From Syntrophomonadaceae bacterium (GTDB lineage Bacteria > Bacillota > Syntrophomonadia > Syntrophomonadales > Syntrophomonadaceae): a stretch of 31,889 nt of DNA. How positions within the stretch are numbered: position 1 is the first letter of the stretch; each line of letters opens with the position of its first letter. Shown here in pieces: positions 19,601 through 29,879 of the stretch. The translations under genes and the position numbers were made by a program. The notes beneath the pieces are model-generated. The model saw only the letters and a program-made list of their open reading frames with translations, had not been told where the DNA came from and did no database searches. The DNA is taken from positions 1 through 31,889 of the forward strand of contig JAUNBV010000003.1 of NCBI GenBank assembly GCA_030526885.1, given 5' to 3'.

Positions 19601-20575
19601 ATGAACATATTTATCAAAAAACCAAGGCGCTACAGGAGCGGCGCGCTCATCCCGGCGCTGTTGGCGCTGGCGGCGGCGCTGGCGCTGCTGCGCCTGGCTT
19701 CCATGCCGGAGCCTGAGGAAAGCATCATTCCCCGGTCCGCTCCCGCCGCAGAACCGCAGGTGACGCTTTACCGCCACCAGAGCGGGGAAGTAACGGCATT
19801 GGCGTTGGAGGATTATGTCTTGGGGGTGGTGATGGCGGAAATGCCGCTGTTGTTCGGCGGGGAAGCCTTGAAGGCGCAGGCGGTATGTGCGCGCACTTAT
19901 GCTCTGCGCGGTATGACCGCAGCACGGGATTTCCCCGGTGGGGCAGACTTATCGGACGATGTGCAGGAGTGTCAGTCGTATGTGAGCCTGATGGATTATC
20001 AGGCGCGCAATCCGGAGGTGGACGAGGAATTGCTGGCGCTGGCAACTCAAGCCGTGGCCGCTACCCGGGGAGAAATATTGCTGTATAAGAAAACCCTGGC
20101 CGATACCGTGTACCACGCCAGCTGCGGAGGGCAAACCGCAGCCGCGGCCGAGGTATGGGGCGGTGAAAGCGTGCCCTATCTGCGCTCCGTGCGCTGCCCC
20201 GGCGATGCCTGCCGCGATTACCGCCAAACAACGGCTTTCAACGCTTCGGAACTGGGCCGGCTGCTGGAGGTGCCCGCCGACGTTTCCCGGCGGGTCTGGG
20301 TGAGGGAATAAGTCGACAGCGGAGGCGCGCGGCGCGTCCGGGTAGGCGACGCCGAATTTTCCGGCGCGGAGCTTCGCCGCCGTCTGGAGTTGCCCTCCAC
20401 TATGATTACCGTGCTGCGCGACGGCGGGCGCATAGAAATCCAAACCCAAGGCTACGGCCACGGCGCGGGCCTGTGCCAGCACGGCGCCGGTGATATGGGC
20501 CAAGCCGGCGCCGGCTATCGCGAAATACTGTCCCACTACTATCCGGGCACGGAATTGGCGGTAATCAATTGGTAA
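19601..20575 (+). pseudogene. spoIID: stage II sporulation protein D (SpoIID/LytB) interrupted by one in-frame TAA
   Basis: LEDYVLGVVMAEMP...EALKAQAVCARTY, YHASCGGQT, VPYLRSVRCP, then VRE*(20309-20311)VDSGG...LELPST...[15 protein letters not shown]...[11 protein letters not shown] in the same frame. Start is uncertain (no clear RBS). Confidence 0.88.
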
Positions 20576-20616
20576 GCTGCCCGGCAAAGCCGCGGTCCGC
20601 ACCATATCGGGGCTTT

Positions 20617-22194
20617 TTACTGTATGTTGGCCTTAGCCTTTCTGCCCTCCGATATCAATAGGCCCAGCATGAGCCAAAACGGGACCGACGTTCCCAGCGA
20701 GGAATCGTTGACTAAAAACTGCCCCAGAAAGCATACTATGGCGCACCACAGGGCCGCGGGCAGGGCGTCGCGGCTGCGGGCAGCCTGCGGGCGTTCCCTC
20801 CACATGATGAGGCCGAGCATCACCAGCAATATCAGCAGGGCCGGCAGGCCCAGGCCAAAGGATACCCCCAAATACATGTTATGCGGCTTGCTGGCCACTA
20901 CGTTGCCCATATTGGCATAGTGATGCTGGCTGCCGTAGGGAAAGTAAAACGCCAGGGTATCCAACCCGTGCCCCAACAGTGGTTTATCCAGCGAAAGCTG
21001 CCAACTGGTCCTCCAAATGTAGCCGCGGTTGCTGCCAAAGGTGGGGGTGGACTTAACCGGCAGCAACTCGGGGTCGATGATGGTGTCGGACATGGCATAA
21101 GGCACAGCGGGACCGACTGCTTCCGGAGCGCTGTTGGCAGCGGCTTGGCCCTCATCCGTGGGCGGCAACGTTTCCTCCGCCGCCTGTGCTTCCTGGGTCT
21201 GCAGTTGTCCCCAAATCAATTGATAAAAACCGAAGCTTTCGCTGTAAATGCGCGGGTTATGACCGGCGTAGGTTACCATCAGCAGCGCGCATAGCGCCAG
21301 TACCGCTACCGCGCTGACCCCTGCCTGTATTTTATTGCGGGCCAGCCACAATGCCACCGGCAGGGCGATAACCGCCGCCGCGGTGAAGCTGACAAAGCCG
21401 CTGCCGGACAGCGAGGTAAGCAATACGCTAAAGGACAGCACCGCCGCCAGGCCAGCCAAGCCCGCTTTCCACCAGCGGTCTGTCATCATACCGTAAACCA
21501 TGAAGAATATGCCCATACAAGCTCCCAGCGGGCTTAAATAATTGGGGTTGGTCATGGTGCCGAATATCTCCCCCGAGCTGCTGAACTGTCCCGCCTGGCC
21601 GAACATTATGATATTGGCCACCCAGGAATGCTCCATGATGTTGATGCCGTAGAACAGCAAAGCTCCCATCACCGCGTTGATGCCCACCAGCACGCCCAGC
21701 ACGATAAGCAGCCATTTTTCCAGCCTGGCGGGCAAATCGCTCTGCAGGGCCACGAAAAATATCAGCAGGTAGCACAACCAGGTGCTGGCGCCCTCCCGCA
21801 TGTCGTGCATGCCGAACAGGGCTATCTGCTTATAGGGGGCAAACAGCAGGGACAGCAACAGGCACGCCGTGAACAGCAGCAGCGGAAGATTGGCATAGGA
21901 GGGGCGCACATCTTCCTTTAGCCTCAGCAGCCGCCAGCTATAGGCCAGCAGCAGTAAAAACGACAGGCCCATTAGCACATACCACTTATATGTAACGAAC
22001 ACCTCCGCCTTTTCGCCGCTGTCATTGACGGAGCCCACCATGGTGGGGGAAAAGAACTCGAATTGGGCCAGGCCCAGTATCAGCGGGACTAGCAGTAAAA
22101 TCGCCAAGAGCAGCCGCCAGCACAGGGTCTCGTTGTTTTGCCGGTCCAATATTTTTTGCTGCTCCCGCCGCTGTTTGGCCTTGCGCTTACTCAT
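20617..22194 (-). CDS. O-antigen ligase / O-oligosaccharyltransferase-like (Wzy_C) polytopic membrane protein
   Basis: About 11-12 hydrophobic segments; NPNYLS, SNRGYIWRTSWQL..KPLLGHG and KPHNMYL (the conserved R and H of the WaaL/PglL external loop). Confidence 0.88.
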   Translation of the reverse strand: MSKRKAKQRREQQKILDRQNNETLCWRLLLAILLLVPLILGLAQFEFFSPTMVGSVNDSGEKAEVFVTYKWYVLMGLSFLLLLAYSWRLLRLKEDVRPSYANLPLLLFTACLLLSLLFAPYKQIALFGMHDMREGASTWLCYLLIFFVALQSDLPARLEKWLLIVLGVLVGINAVMGALLFYGINIMEHSWVANIIMFGQAGQFSSSGEIFGTMTNPNYLSPLGACMGIFFMVYGMMTDRWWKAGLAGLAAVLSFSVLLTSLSGSGFVSFTAAAVIALPVALWLARNKIQAGVSAVAVLALCALLMVTYAGHNPRIYSESFGFYQLIWGQLQTQEAQAAEETLPPTDEGQAAANSAPEAVGPAVPYAMSDTIIDPELLPVKSTPTFGSNRGYIWRTSWQLSLDKPLLGHGLDTLAFYFPYGSQHHYANMGNVVASKPHNMYLGVSFGLGLPALLILLVMLGLIMWRERPQAARSRDALPAALWCAIVCFLGQFLVNDSSLGTSVPFWLMLGLLISEGRKAKANIQ

Positions 22195-22849
22195 TGGCTG
22201 TTCCTCCCTCGGTCAGCGTTTTTATGGTCTCTATATTCTCCTGGGCAAATTCGGTCAGCTCCGGATAGGTATTGAGCGCCACGCTTTGCAGAAAATATTG
22301 CTGCGCCACTTCGTAACGCCCCAGCTCCAGCATTATCTTGCCGTAGCCGTTTACATACCCTTGGCTTTGCACCAGCTGGAAGTTTGCGGCGCGGGCGCGG
22401 TCAAGATGCTGGGCTGCCAACTGCATGTCCGCCTGCGCTTCCTGCGTTTGTTCCGCCGCTTTGGCCTCCTCTGCCATTCCGGCGTAACAGGTCCCCATAA
22501 GCAGCTGGGCCGAGGAACTGGCCTGATAGCTTTCGCTCAGGCCTTGCAGGGTTTCCAGGCCTTTAGCGTAATCACCCTCGCCGATCTGCACCTGCGCTAG
22601 GCTGTAATGGTTGATGGAAGCGGTCCAATCCTTCCGGTTATCGGCCGCAACGATCATGGCCACCAGCAGTACCAGCGCAGCGAAACCCAGCATCATAAAA
22701 TATATCGTGCGGCGGCTGATCTCACTGCCGGCTGACTCCTGGCCCTGCTTCTTGATGTCCGCGGCTGTGCCAGCCGGTTGCGCTTTGTCCGCCGGCGGCG
22801 CGGCTTTGGCCCCGGGAATATTTTTGCCCGATTTTCTCTTGGCGCTCAT
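22187..22849 (-). CDS. single-pass membrane protein with TPR-like repeats
   Basis: One TM (IYFMMLGFAALVLLVAMIVAA), then YSLAQVQIGEGDYAKGLETL, AQLLMGTCYAG and YGKIMLELGRYEVAQQYFLQSV. ATG 22849 lies behind AGGAG; the stop overlaps the next ATG by 8 nt. Confidence 0.82.
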   Translation of the reverse strand: MSAKRKSGKNIPGAKAAPPADKAQPAGTAADIKKQGQESAGSEISRRTIYFMMLGFAALVLLVAMIVAADNRKDWTASINHYSLAQVQIGEGDYAKGLETLQGLSESYQASSSAQLLMGTCYAGMAEEAKAAEQTQEAQADMQLAAQHLDRARAANFQLVQSQGYVNGYGKIMLELGRYEVAQQYFLQSVALNTYPELTEFAQENIETIKTLTEGGTANE

Positions 22850-22866
22850 AACTCCGCTCCTCTCCC

Positions 22867-24291
22867 TCAAGCATATTGTCTTACGCGCTCAGCCAATCCC
22901 ACCAGGTCATCCCAGCCGGTAAGCGGATTTATAACCGTGCAACGCAGATATAATTTATCATTTAATGTGGTCTTGACAATATAATACTCCTCGCTCGCGG
23001 CCAGCTTACGCCTAATGCTTTCCTGAATCTCGTTTAAATCGCCCTGCTTGCCGATATAGCGAAAACATATGATATTGCCGTCCGGCATCACCGCCAGCTC
23101 AAAGTCGCCGCTGGCTTTCAAGTATTCCGCAAAACGGCGGGTCAGGTCATACACATAGTCGATGTAGGCTCCGAAAAACTCGCGCCCCCGCATTTTCAGC
23201 GCGGTATAGAGCTTCAATGCCATCATATCCTTGGAGCATTCCGCCGTGCGCAGCCCCATATCGCCCCAGTTGTGGTCACGGGACAGGATGTAGGAGGCTT
23301 TCTGGGAAAAGGTTTCATATGAGTGTTGGCCTTTTTTATAAATGACGCCTGTAACCAGGGTGGGCATCATCATCATCTTATGCGCGTCCCACACCACCGA
23401 GTCGGCGCGCTGGATGCCTTTCAGGTAGTGCTTATACTTATCCGACAGCAGCGCCGAAGCGCCGTGAGCGCCGTCCACATGCATCCACAGGCCTTTTTCC
23501 TCGCAGAAATCGGCGATGCTCTCCAGGTCATCATAGGAGCCGGTAGCCGTGGAGCAGGCGCAGGCCACCACCGCCAGCACATGGATGCCCTGGGCGCTGG
23601 CCGTTGCGTAGCTCTCGCGCAGCGCCGCTATGTCCATGCGGCACTCTGCGTCGGAGGGGACTAGAATAGCTCCCGCCTCGCCCAGCCCCATTACCTGTAC
23701 CGCGCGCTTTACGCTATAATGAGCCTGCTCCGATACCAGCACCGCCATGGGGCCGTGTTCGCGCAAGCCTTCGTTCCATATGTCATACCGCGCCTGCGCC
23801 TGGCGCGCAGCCAACAGGGCGGTGAGATTGCCCAGCGTGCCGCCGGAAGTGAGCACCCCGTCGGCCTCGGGGCCGTAACCTATCTGGCCCGCCATCCACT
23901 CCACACAGATTTTCTCCATCGCCGCCGCCACCGGCCCCATTTCATAGACCACGCTGCCGTTGTTCAAAAATGAAGAAACAAAATCGGCCAGCGCCGCCTC
24001 CGGCAGGGGGGACGATACTTGATGGCCCATATATTTCGGATGGTGCAAGTGATTGGAGTTTTCGATAACCCGCTCCATAAAGGCCTGCAGGGCAAAATCC
24101 GCCTGGGAGGCAAAATCGCTGTGCCAGGCCTGATATACCTCCTCGGGCCCGGGAGCGGGCAACACCTTTTTGTCGGTACCGTCTACGCAGCGCTGTAAAT
24201 GCGCGGCGATTACATCGACTATGCCGTACGCCTCGCGGCGGAAGCGTTCCGGGTCGAAGGCCTCAATGAACCGTTGTTGTCCTGCCGTCAC
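22867..24291 (-). CDS. group II PLP-dependent amino acid decarboxylase (Ddc/GAD/DOPA-decarboxylase family)
   Basis: HPKYMGHQ, TSGGTLGNLTALLAAR, AHYSVKRA, HVDGAHG and DSVVWDAHK (PLP Lys). GTG start behind GAGGT. Confidence 0.93.
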   Translation of the reverse strand: MTAGQQRFIEAFDPERFRREAYGIVDVIAAHLQRCVDGTDKKVLPAPGPEEVYQAWHSDFASQADFALQAFMERVIENSNHLHHPKYMGHQVSSPLPEAALADFVSSFLNNGSVVYEMGPVAAAMEKICVEWMAGQIGYGPEADGVLTSGGTLGNLTALLAARQAQARYDIWNEGLREHGPMAVLVSEQAHYSVKRAVQVMGLGEAGAILVPSDAECRMDIAALRESYATASAQGIHVLAVVACACSTATGSYDDLESIADFCEEKGLWMHVDGAHGASALLSDKYKHYLKGIQRADSVVWDAHKMMMMPTLVTGVIYKKGQHSYETFSQKASYILSRDHNWGDMGLRTAECSKDMMALKLYTALKMRGREFFGAYIDYVYDLTRRFAEYLKASGDFELAVMPDGNIICFRYIGKQGDLNEIQESIRRKLAASEEYYIVKTTLNDKLYLRCTVINPLTGWDDLVGLAERVRQYA

Positions 24292-24334
24292 GAAAATGAC
24301 CTCTTTTCTTGATTGATAAATGCGTGTTTTGTCA

Positions 24335-24363
24335 ATTATACTGTTTTTCGTGCCGGAAGTGAA
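24335..24363 (-). promoter_or_regulatory. putative sigma-A promoter of the decarboxylase-TPR-ligase operon
   Basis: TTCACT-N17-TATAAT in the murA-decarboxylase gap. Confidence 0.6.
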
Positions 24364-24391
24364 TAAATATAACTATTCTTTGTTTTGCCGC

Positions 24392-25633
24392 TCACTCTCT
24401 TCTGATATCCGCGCCCAAGGCATACATTTTTTCCACCATGTTTTCATAACCGCGGTCGATATGCTCGCTCTCCTGAATCACGGTTTCACCGTTGCCGGTA
24501 AGGCCGGCGATTACCAGCGCCGCTCCCGCCCGCAGATCGCTGGCGCGCACCGTTGCCGGGCTCAAATGTTTCACTCCGCGAATAACGGCGGTGCGCCCTT
24601 CGGTACGGATATCGGCTCCCATGCGCTGAAGCTCCTGCACATGCATGAAGCGATTTTCAAACACCGATTCACTGATGATGCTGGTGCCGCTGCCCCGGCT
24701 GAGGTAGGCCATCATCTGCGCCTGCATATCGGTGGGAAAGCCGGGATAGGGCAGGGTCTTGATGTATAAGGGCCGGATATTGCGGCGGCGCGCAATATGG
24801 ATTTCCCGCGCCCCTTCGCTGACCCGCGCTCCGCTCTCGATCAGCTTGGCGCTGACCGCCTTGACATGTTCGGGTATCACATTGCGGATCAGCCCCTCGC
24901 CGCCGCTGGCCGCAATGGCGGTCATATAGGTGCCGGCCTCGATGCGATCGGGGATAGGGGTATATTCGGCCCCGTGCAGCTTTTCCACCCCCTCCACCCT
25001 TATCACATTGGTGCCGGCGCCAAAAATGCGCCCCCCCATTTTATTGATAAAGCTGGCCAAATCCACGATTTCCGGCTCCAGGGCCGCGTTTTCGATATGG
25101 CTCACCCCCTCGGCCACCGCCGCTGCCATCATCAGATTCTCCGTAGCCCCTACCGAGGGATAGTCCAAATAAATATGTCGCCCCTGCAAGCGCTTGCTGC
25201 GCGCCACTATGTTTCCGGCCTCCAATTCGATTTCCGCTCCCAGCGCCGCCAGTCCCTTTAAATGCAGGTCGATGGGACGGTTGCCAATAGCGCAGCCTCC
25301 GGGCAGGGATATGCGCACCTCTCCACAGCGCGCCAGAATGGGGCCCATGAGCAGGAAAGAGGCCCGCATCTGACGCACCAGCTCAAACGGCGGGCTAAAC
25401 GAATTGAGCCTTCCGCTGAAAAACAGGGTATCATCCTTGCGCTCGGAAGCCATTCCCAGAGCGGCAATGATTTCCTGAATGATAAACACATCGCTGATAG
25501 CCGGGACCCGATACAGCTTTATGGGCTCGTCGCTCAAAATGCCCGCCACCAGAATGGGGAGGATGGCATTTTTTGACGTCGATATTTCAATTTCGCCCTG
25601 CAATTTGCAGGGCCCGTTGACGATCATTTCCAC
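24392..25633 (-). CDS. murA: UDP-N-acetylglucosamine 1-carboxyvinyltransferase
   Basis: SKNAILP, VRQMRASFLLMGP, LPGGCAIGNRPIDLH (catalytic Cys retained), PDRIEAGT, PYPGFPTDMQ and DLRAGAAL. GTG 25633 is chosen from typical MurA N-terminal length. Confidence 0.97.
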   Translation of the reverse strand: MEMIVNGPCKLQGEIEISTSKNAILPILVAGILSDEPIKLYRVPAISDVFIIQEIIAALGMASERKDDTLFFSGRLNSFSPPFELVRQMRASFLLMGPILARCGEVRISLPGGCAIGNRPIDLHLKGLAALGAEIELEAGNIVARSKRLQGRHIYLDYPSVGATENLMMAAAVAEGVSHIENAALEPEIVDLASFINKMGGRIFGAGTNVIRVEGVEKLHGAEYTPIPDRIEAGTYMTAIAASGGEGLIRNVIPEHVKAVSAKLIESGARVSEGAREIHIARRRNIRPLYIKTLPYPGFPTDMQAQMMAYLSRGSGTSIISESVFENRFMHVQELQRMGADIRTEGRTAVIRGVKHLSPATVRASDLRAGAALVIAGLTGNGETVIQESEHIDRGYENMVEKMYALGADIRRE

Positions 25634-25806
25634 TGGCCTTATCTTACCTTTCACGCTTTTTCTACAAGGTATTGTGCGCCGTGCGCACGCTGCAAATACC
25701 GGCCATATTAAGCCGCCGGATACAAATTGTTCCCCCCTGGCAGCATTTGCCTCCCATAGTTGATTGTTGCCGTTGCTGCACAAAATTATGCCTGTATGAC
25801 CCGCGC

Positions 25807-25842
25807 AAAAAAATCCCGTTTAAAAATTTTAAACGGGATTTT
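25807..25842 (-). terminator. intrinsic terminator (A/T-flanked, possibly bidirectional)
   Basis: AAAATCCCGTTTAAAA / TTTTAAACGGGATTTT 16-bp perfect inverted repeat, followed by a U-run on the minus strand. Confidence 0.8.
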
Positions 25843-25876
25843 ATAAAAACGCGGTACGCGCTTACTCTAAACCAAC

Positions 25877-26340
25877 TCATGCGGCGGGCCGTTCATACGC
25901 TACCAGATACAACGAAAAATGACCGGTGATAAAAGCAATGGTTGGGGTTTTGCCGTCATATACCGCCCCACCGCCCGGAGCTCCGTCCCCGGGATCAGGC
26001 GCCGCGTCAGTAGTAAATGATGCGGAAGGCGATGCCGCTGAAGCAAACGCGCTACCCGTTGCTTTGATGCGCTGATAGAAGGCATATGGGGTGGAAGCGG
26101 TTAGGCGGCACAGACCGGACTGGCCTGCCAAACGATTCCGTCCCGGCTGTATGCCGCGCCGGTTACCGTATTTTTCCCGCTCTCCATGGCCAAATTGGCC
26201 GGGTTAATCAGCGCGTCGTTGTTACCCGGCAGCATGATATCGCCCGACTCCGCCGAACCGAGGGCCGCCATGGCCCAACAAGTGCCTTAAGCGCCTTGGT
26301 CTTTGGCCCAGGTCGCCCGGCCCCCGTTGCGCAGGTCAAT
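25877..26340 (-). pseudogene. relic of a surface papain-like (C1A) cysteine protease with an FN3-like module
   Basis: IDLRNGGRATWAKDQGA*GTCWAMAALGSAES matches the C1A DLR...KxQG.CG.CWAF..LES motif (TAA at 26289-26287). It is followed by YSRDGIVWQASPV and, after a 1-nt frameshift near 26105, LTASTPYAFYQRIKAT..ASAASPSASFTT, which is FN3-like. Confidence 0.7.
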
Positions 26341-26436
26341 TATATACCATGCGCCCATATACAATAAAGCTGCAGTAAACAATCCTTGCGGGATATCAGC
26401 TGCAGCCTGCTTTTCAAATATTAGACCCGGACGGCT

Positions 26437-26739
26437 CTATGCTTCGGCACCGTCGGGCTGATTGTCCGGGTTTTCTTCGGCGGGCGGCTGAGTTATCTGC
26501 TCGGCTGCCGCCCGGGCTTCCGCTTCCGCTTTGGCTTGGGCCTCCGCCGCCCGAGCTTTGCGCTCCGCCTGTTTCTCTGCCATAATCTTCTTTTTAAGCC
26601 GTATTTTTTCTTTCTCCTGACGGTCGCGGGCAATGATGGCTTTCTTTTCAAAACGAACCGTCTGCCACCAGATAGCGGCAACAAAACTCAAACTGAGTAC
26701 GAGTACTATAACTATAAGGATAAGAAATTGCTCCCGCAT
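26437..26739 (-). CDS. 100-aa single-pass membrane protein with charged/Ala-rich coiled-coil tail
   Basis: GAGGTG RBS; N-terminal TM (FLILIVIVLVLSLSFVAAIWW), then RFEKK...KARAAEAQAKAEAEARAAAEQ. Confidence 0.75.
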   Translation of the reverse strand: MREQFLILIVIVLVLSLSFVAAIWWQTVRFEKKAIIARDRQEKEKIRLKKKIMAEKQAERKARAAEAQAKAEAEARAAAEQITQPPAEENPDNQPDGAEA

Positions 26740-26772
26740 GCTTAAGCACCTCGCATCAAACTGAATACCGGC

Positions 26773-26952
26773 CTACCATCCCCTGGTCTTGCGGTATTCT
26801 TCCATCGCTTTTTTGTTTTTGGCCTCAATTGCCTTGCCTTTTTTTTCCATACGAATCAGCGCCTGATTCATAAGCAACGCTAACACGCCCTTGAACAGGT
26901 AAAAACACAGCACCGCTATTACGAAGACCTTGATAATTGCGGCCTTATCCAT
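26773..26952 (-). CDS. 59-aa single-pass membrane protein with Lys-rich tail (missed by ORF track)
   Basis: GGGGGAG RBS before the ATG; MDKAAIIKVFVIAVLCFYLFKGVLALLMNQALIRMEKKGKAIEAKNKKAMEEYRKTRGW*. Confidence 0.7.
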   Translation of the reverse strand: MDKAAIIKVFVIAVLCFYLFKGVLALLMNQALIRMEKKGKAIEAKNKKAMEEYRKTRGW

Positions 26953-27085
26953 GGCATTGCTCCCCCGATTTCATCAGGATGAAGCAGGTATGGAAGGCAG
27001 GCTGCGGCGAATTGCTGTGTTTGCCCTGGCATAATGTTTCCGCTATGCAGCGGGAACAAGCCTTTCCTCACTGCTGACCGCATAC

Positions 27086-27117
27086 GAAGCCGAAGGGATA
27101 CTTATCCCTTCGGCTTC
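27086..27117 (-). terminator. strong hairpin 3' of atpC without a U-tract (stabiliser or atypical terminator)
   Basis: GAAGCCGAAGGGATA / TATCCCTTCGGCTTC 15-bp perfect inverted repeat 14 nt after the atpC stop. Confidence 0.6.
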
Positions 27118-27131
27118 CCGGCGGTTAGTTG

Positions 27132-27548
27132 TTATTGCTGGTATTTTCCGGCAGCCTTCAAACGGCTGATGGAGCGCTGTAACGCGGCCTCAGCACGCGT
27201 GACATTGACGCCGTCATCCCTGGCCTGTAAGCGCTGCATCGCTCTATCGCGGGCAGCCATGGCGCGTGCCACGTCGATATCTTCCGCGCGTTCCGCAGTT
27301 TCGGTCAGCACTTTGACCTCATTATAGACTACTTCCATAAACCCGCCGTTGACCGCCATCTTATGCACTGTGCCCCCGGTATCGGTATAGCGCAGTACTC
27401 CGGTCTTTAAGGCCGCCAGCACGGGGGCATGGTTCTTCAATACGCCCAGCTCACCGGTGATTTCCGGCACCACCGCAAATTGAGCTTCATCCCTAAACAA
27501 TATTTTTTCGGGCGTAATGACTTCAAGGGCGAAGGTGTTGTCTGCCAT
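27132..27548 (-). CDS. atpC: F1 ATP synthase epsilon subunit
   Basis: FALEVITPEK, GELGVLKNHAP, GGFMEV and IDVARA..ARDRA (the ATP-binding-type C-terminal motif). Confidence 0.96.
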   Translation of the reverse strand: MADNTFALEVITPEKILFRDEAQFAVVPEITGELGVLKNHAPVLAALKTGVLRYTDTGGTVHKMAVNGGFMEVVYNEVKVLTETAERAEDIDVARAMAARDRAMQRLQARDDGVNVTRAEAALQRSISRLKAAGKYQQ

Positions 27549-27551
27549 AGA

Positions 27552-28979
<1,428 letters not shown>

Positions 28980-28991
28980 CTACTTTCCTCC

Positions 28992-29867
28992 TTACTTATT
29001 GAGAGCTTCAGCGCCGCCCACGATATCCAGTATCTCATCGGTGATCGCTGCCTGTCGAACTTTATTCATCTTCAGGGTCAGGTTTTCGATGATTTCTTTG
29101 GCATTCTCGGTAGCATTGCCCATGGCGGTCATTCTGGCTCCAAACTCGCTGGCCTTGCCTTCCAACAAGGCGTGGTAAACCTGACTGCCTACGTACCGCG
29201 GCAACAAATTGAGTAAAATGGCGTCCGCATCAGGTTCATAGATGTACTTGATGCTGACATCGGCCAAGGCCTCATCGCTGGCCGGCGGCTCGACCGGCAG
29301 TAATTTTTCCACGGTGGGAAGCTGCCTGATCGCATTGATAAACTTGGAATAAATCAGATAGACCTCATCGTATTCTTCTATCTCATAAGCATTGATAATA
29401 TAGTCTACTATTTCCTTGGCGTCCGTATAGCTTATATTGTCGCCCAAAGCGACAAACTCTGCTTCCAGGCCGGAACGCTTGCGGAAAAAGTCACGCGCTT
29501 TGCGCCCTACCGCTATGATGGCGGTCTCGACATTGCGCTCATCGCCGGCGATAGTATCGCTTGCCAGACGGATGATATTGGTGTTATACCCTCCGCAAAG
29601 ACCCTTATCGGCAGTCACTACCACATAAGCAACTTTCCGGACCTCTTCTCTGACCTCCAGCAACGGCAGCCTTTCCTCGGTAGCCGAAGAGTCAAGCCTT
29701 GCCAGTGTTTCCTTCAGAGATTCGGTATACGGCCGCGAGGCTTCCGCTTTTTCCTGGGCACGGCGCAGTTTTGCGGCAGCTACCATTTTCATGGCCTTGG
29801 TAATCTGCTGGGTATTCTTGACACTCCGAATTCTTCTTTTAAAATCCCTTACTCCTGCTCCTGCCAT
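28992..29867 (-). CDS. atpG: F1 ATP synthase gamma subunit
   Basis: KNTQQITKAMKMVAAAKL, DKGLCGGYN, SEFGARMTAM and RQAAITDEI. Confidence 0.98.
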   Translation of the reverse strand: MAGAGVRDFKRRIRSVKNTQQITKAMKMVAAAKLRRAQEKAEASRPYTESLKETLARLDSSATEERLPLLEVREEVRKVAYVVVTADKGLCGGYNTNIIRLASDTIAGDERNVETAIIAVGRKARDFFRKRSGLEAEFVALGDNISYTDAKEIVDYIINAYEIEEYDEVYLIYSKFINAIRQLPTVEKLLPVEPPASDEALADVSIKYIYEPDADAILLNLLPRYVGSQVYHALLEGKASEFGARMTAMGNATENAKEIIENLTLKMNKVRQAAITDEILDIVGGAEALNK

Positions 29868-29879
29868 CTACTTCACCAC

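Noticed and set aside
19585-19612. Sigma-E-like promoter (ATA...CATA) at the spoIID 5' end
   Set aside because: Spacing is about 2 nt shorter than in the B. subtilis spoIID promoter and it overlaps the presumed start codon; too weak to call.
20309-20311. Stop-codon readthrough (Sec/Pyl) in spoIID
   Set aside because: The codon is TAA, which is not used for Sec or Pyl.
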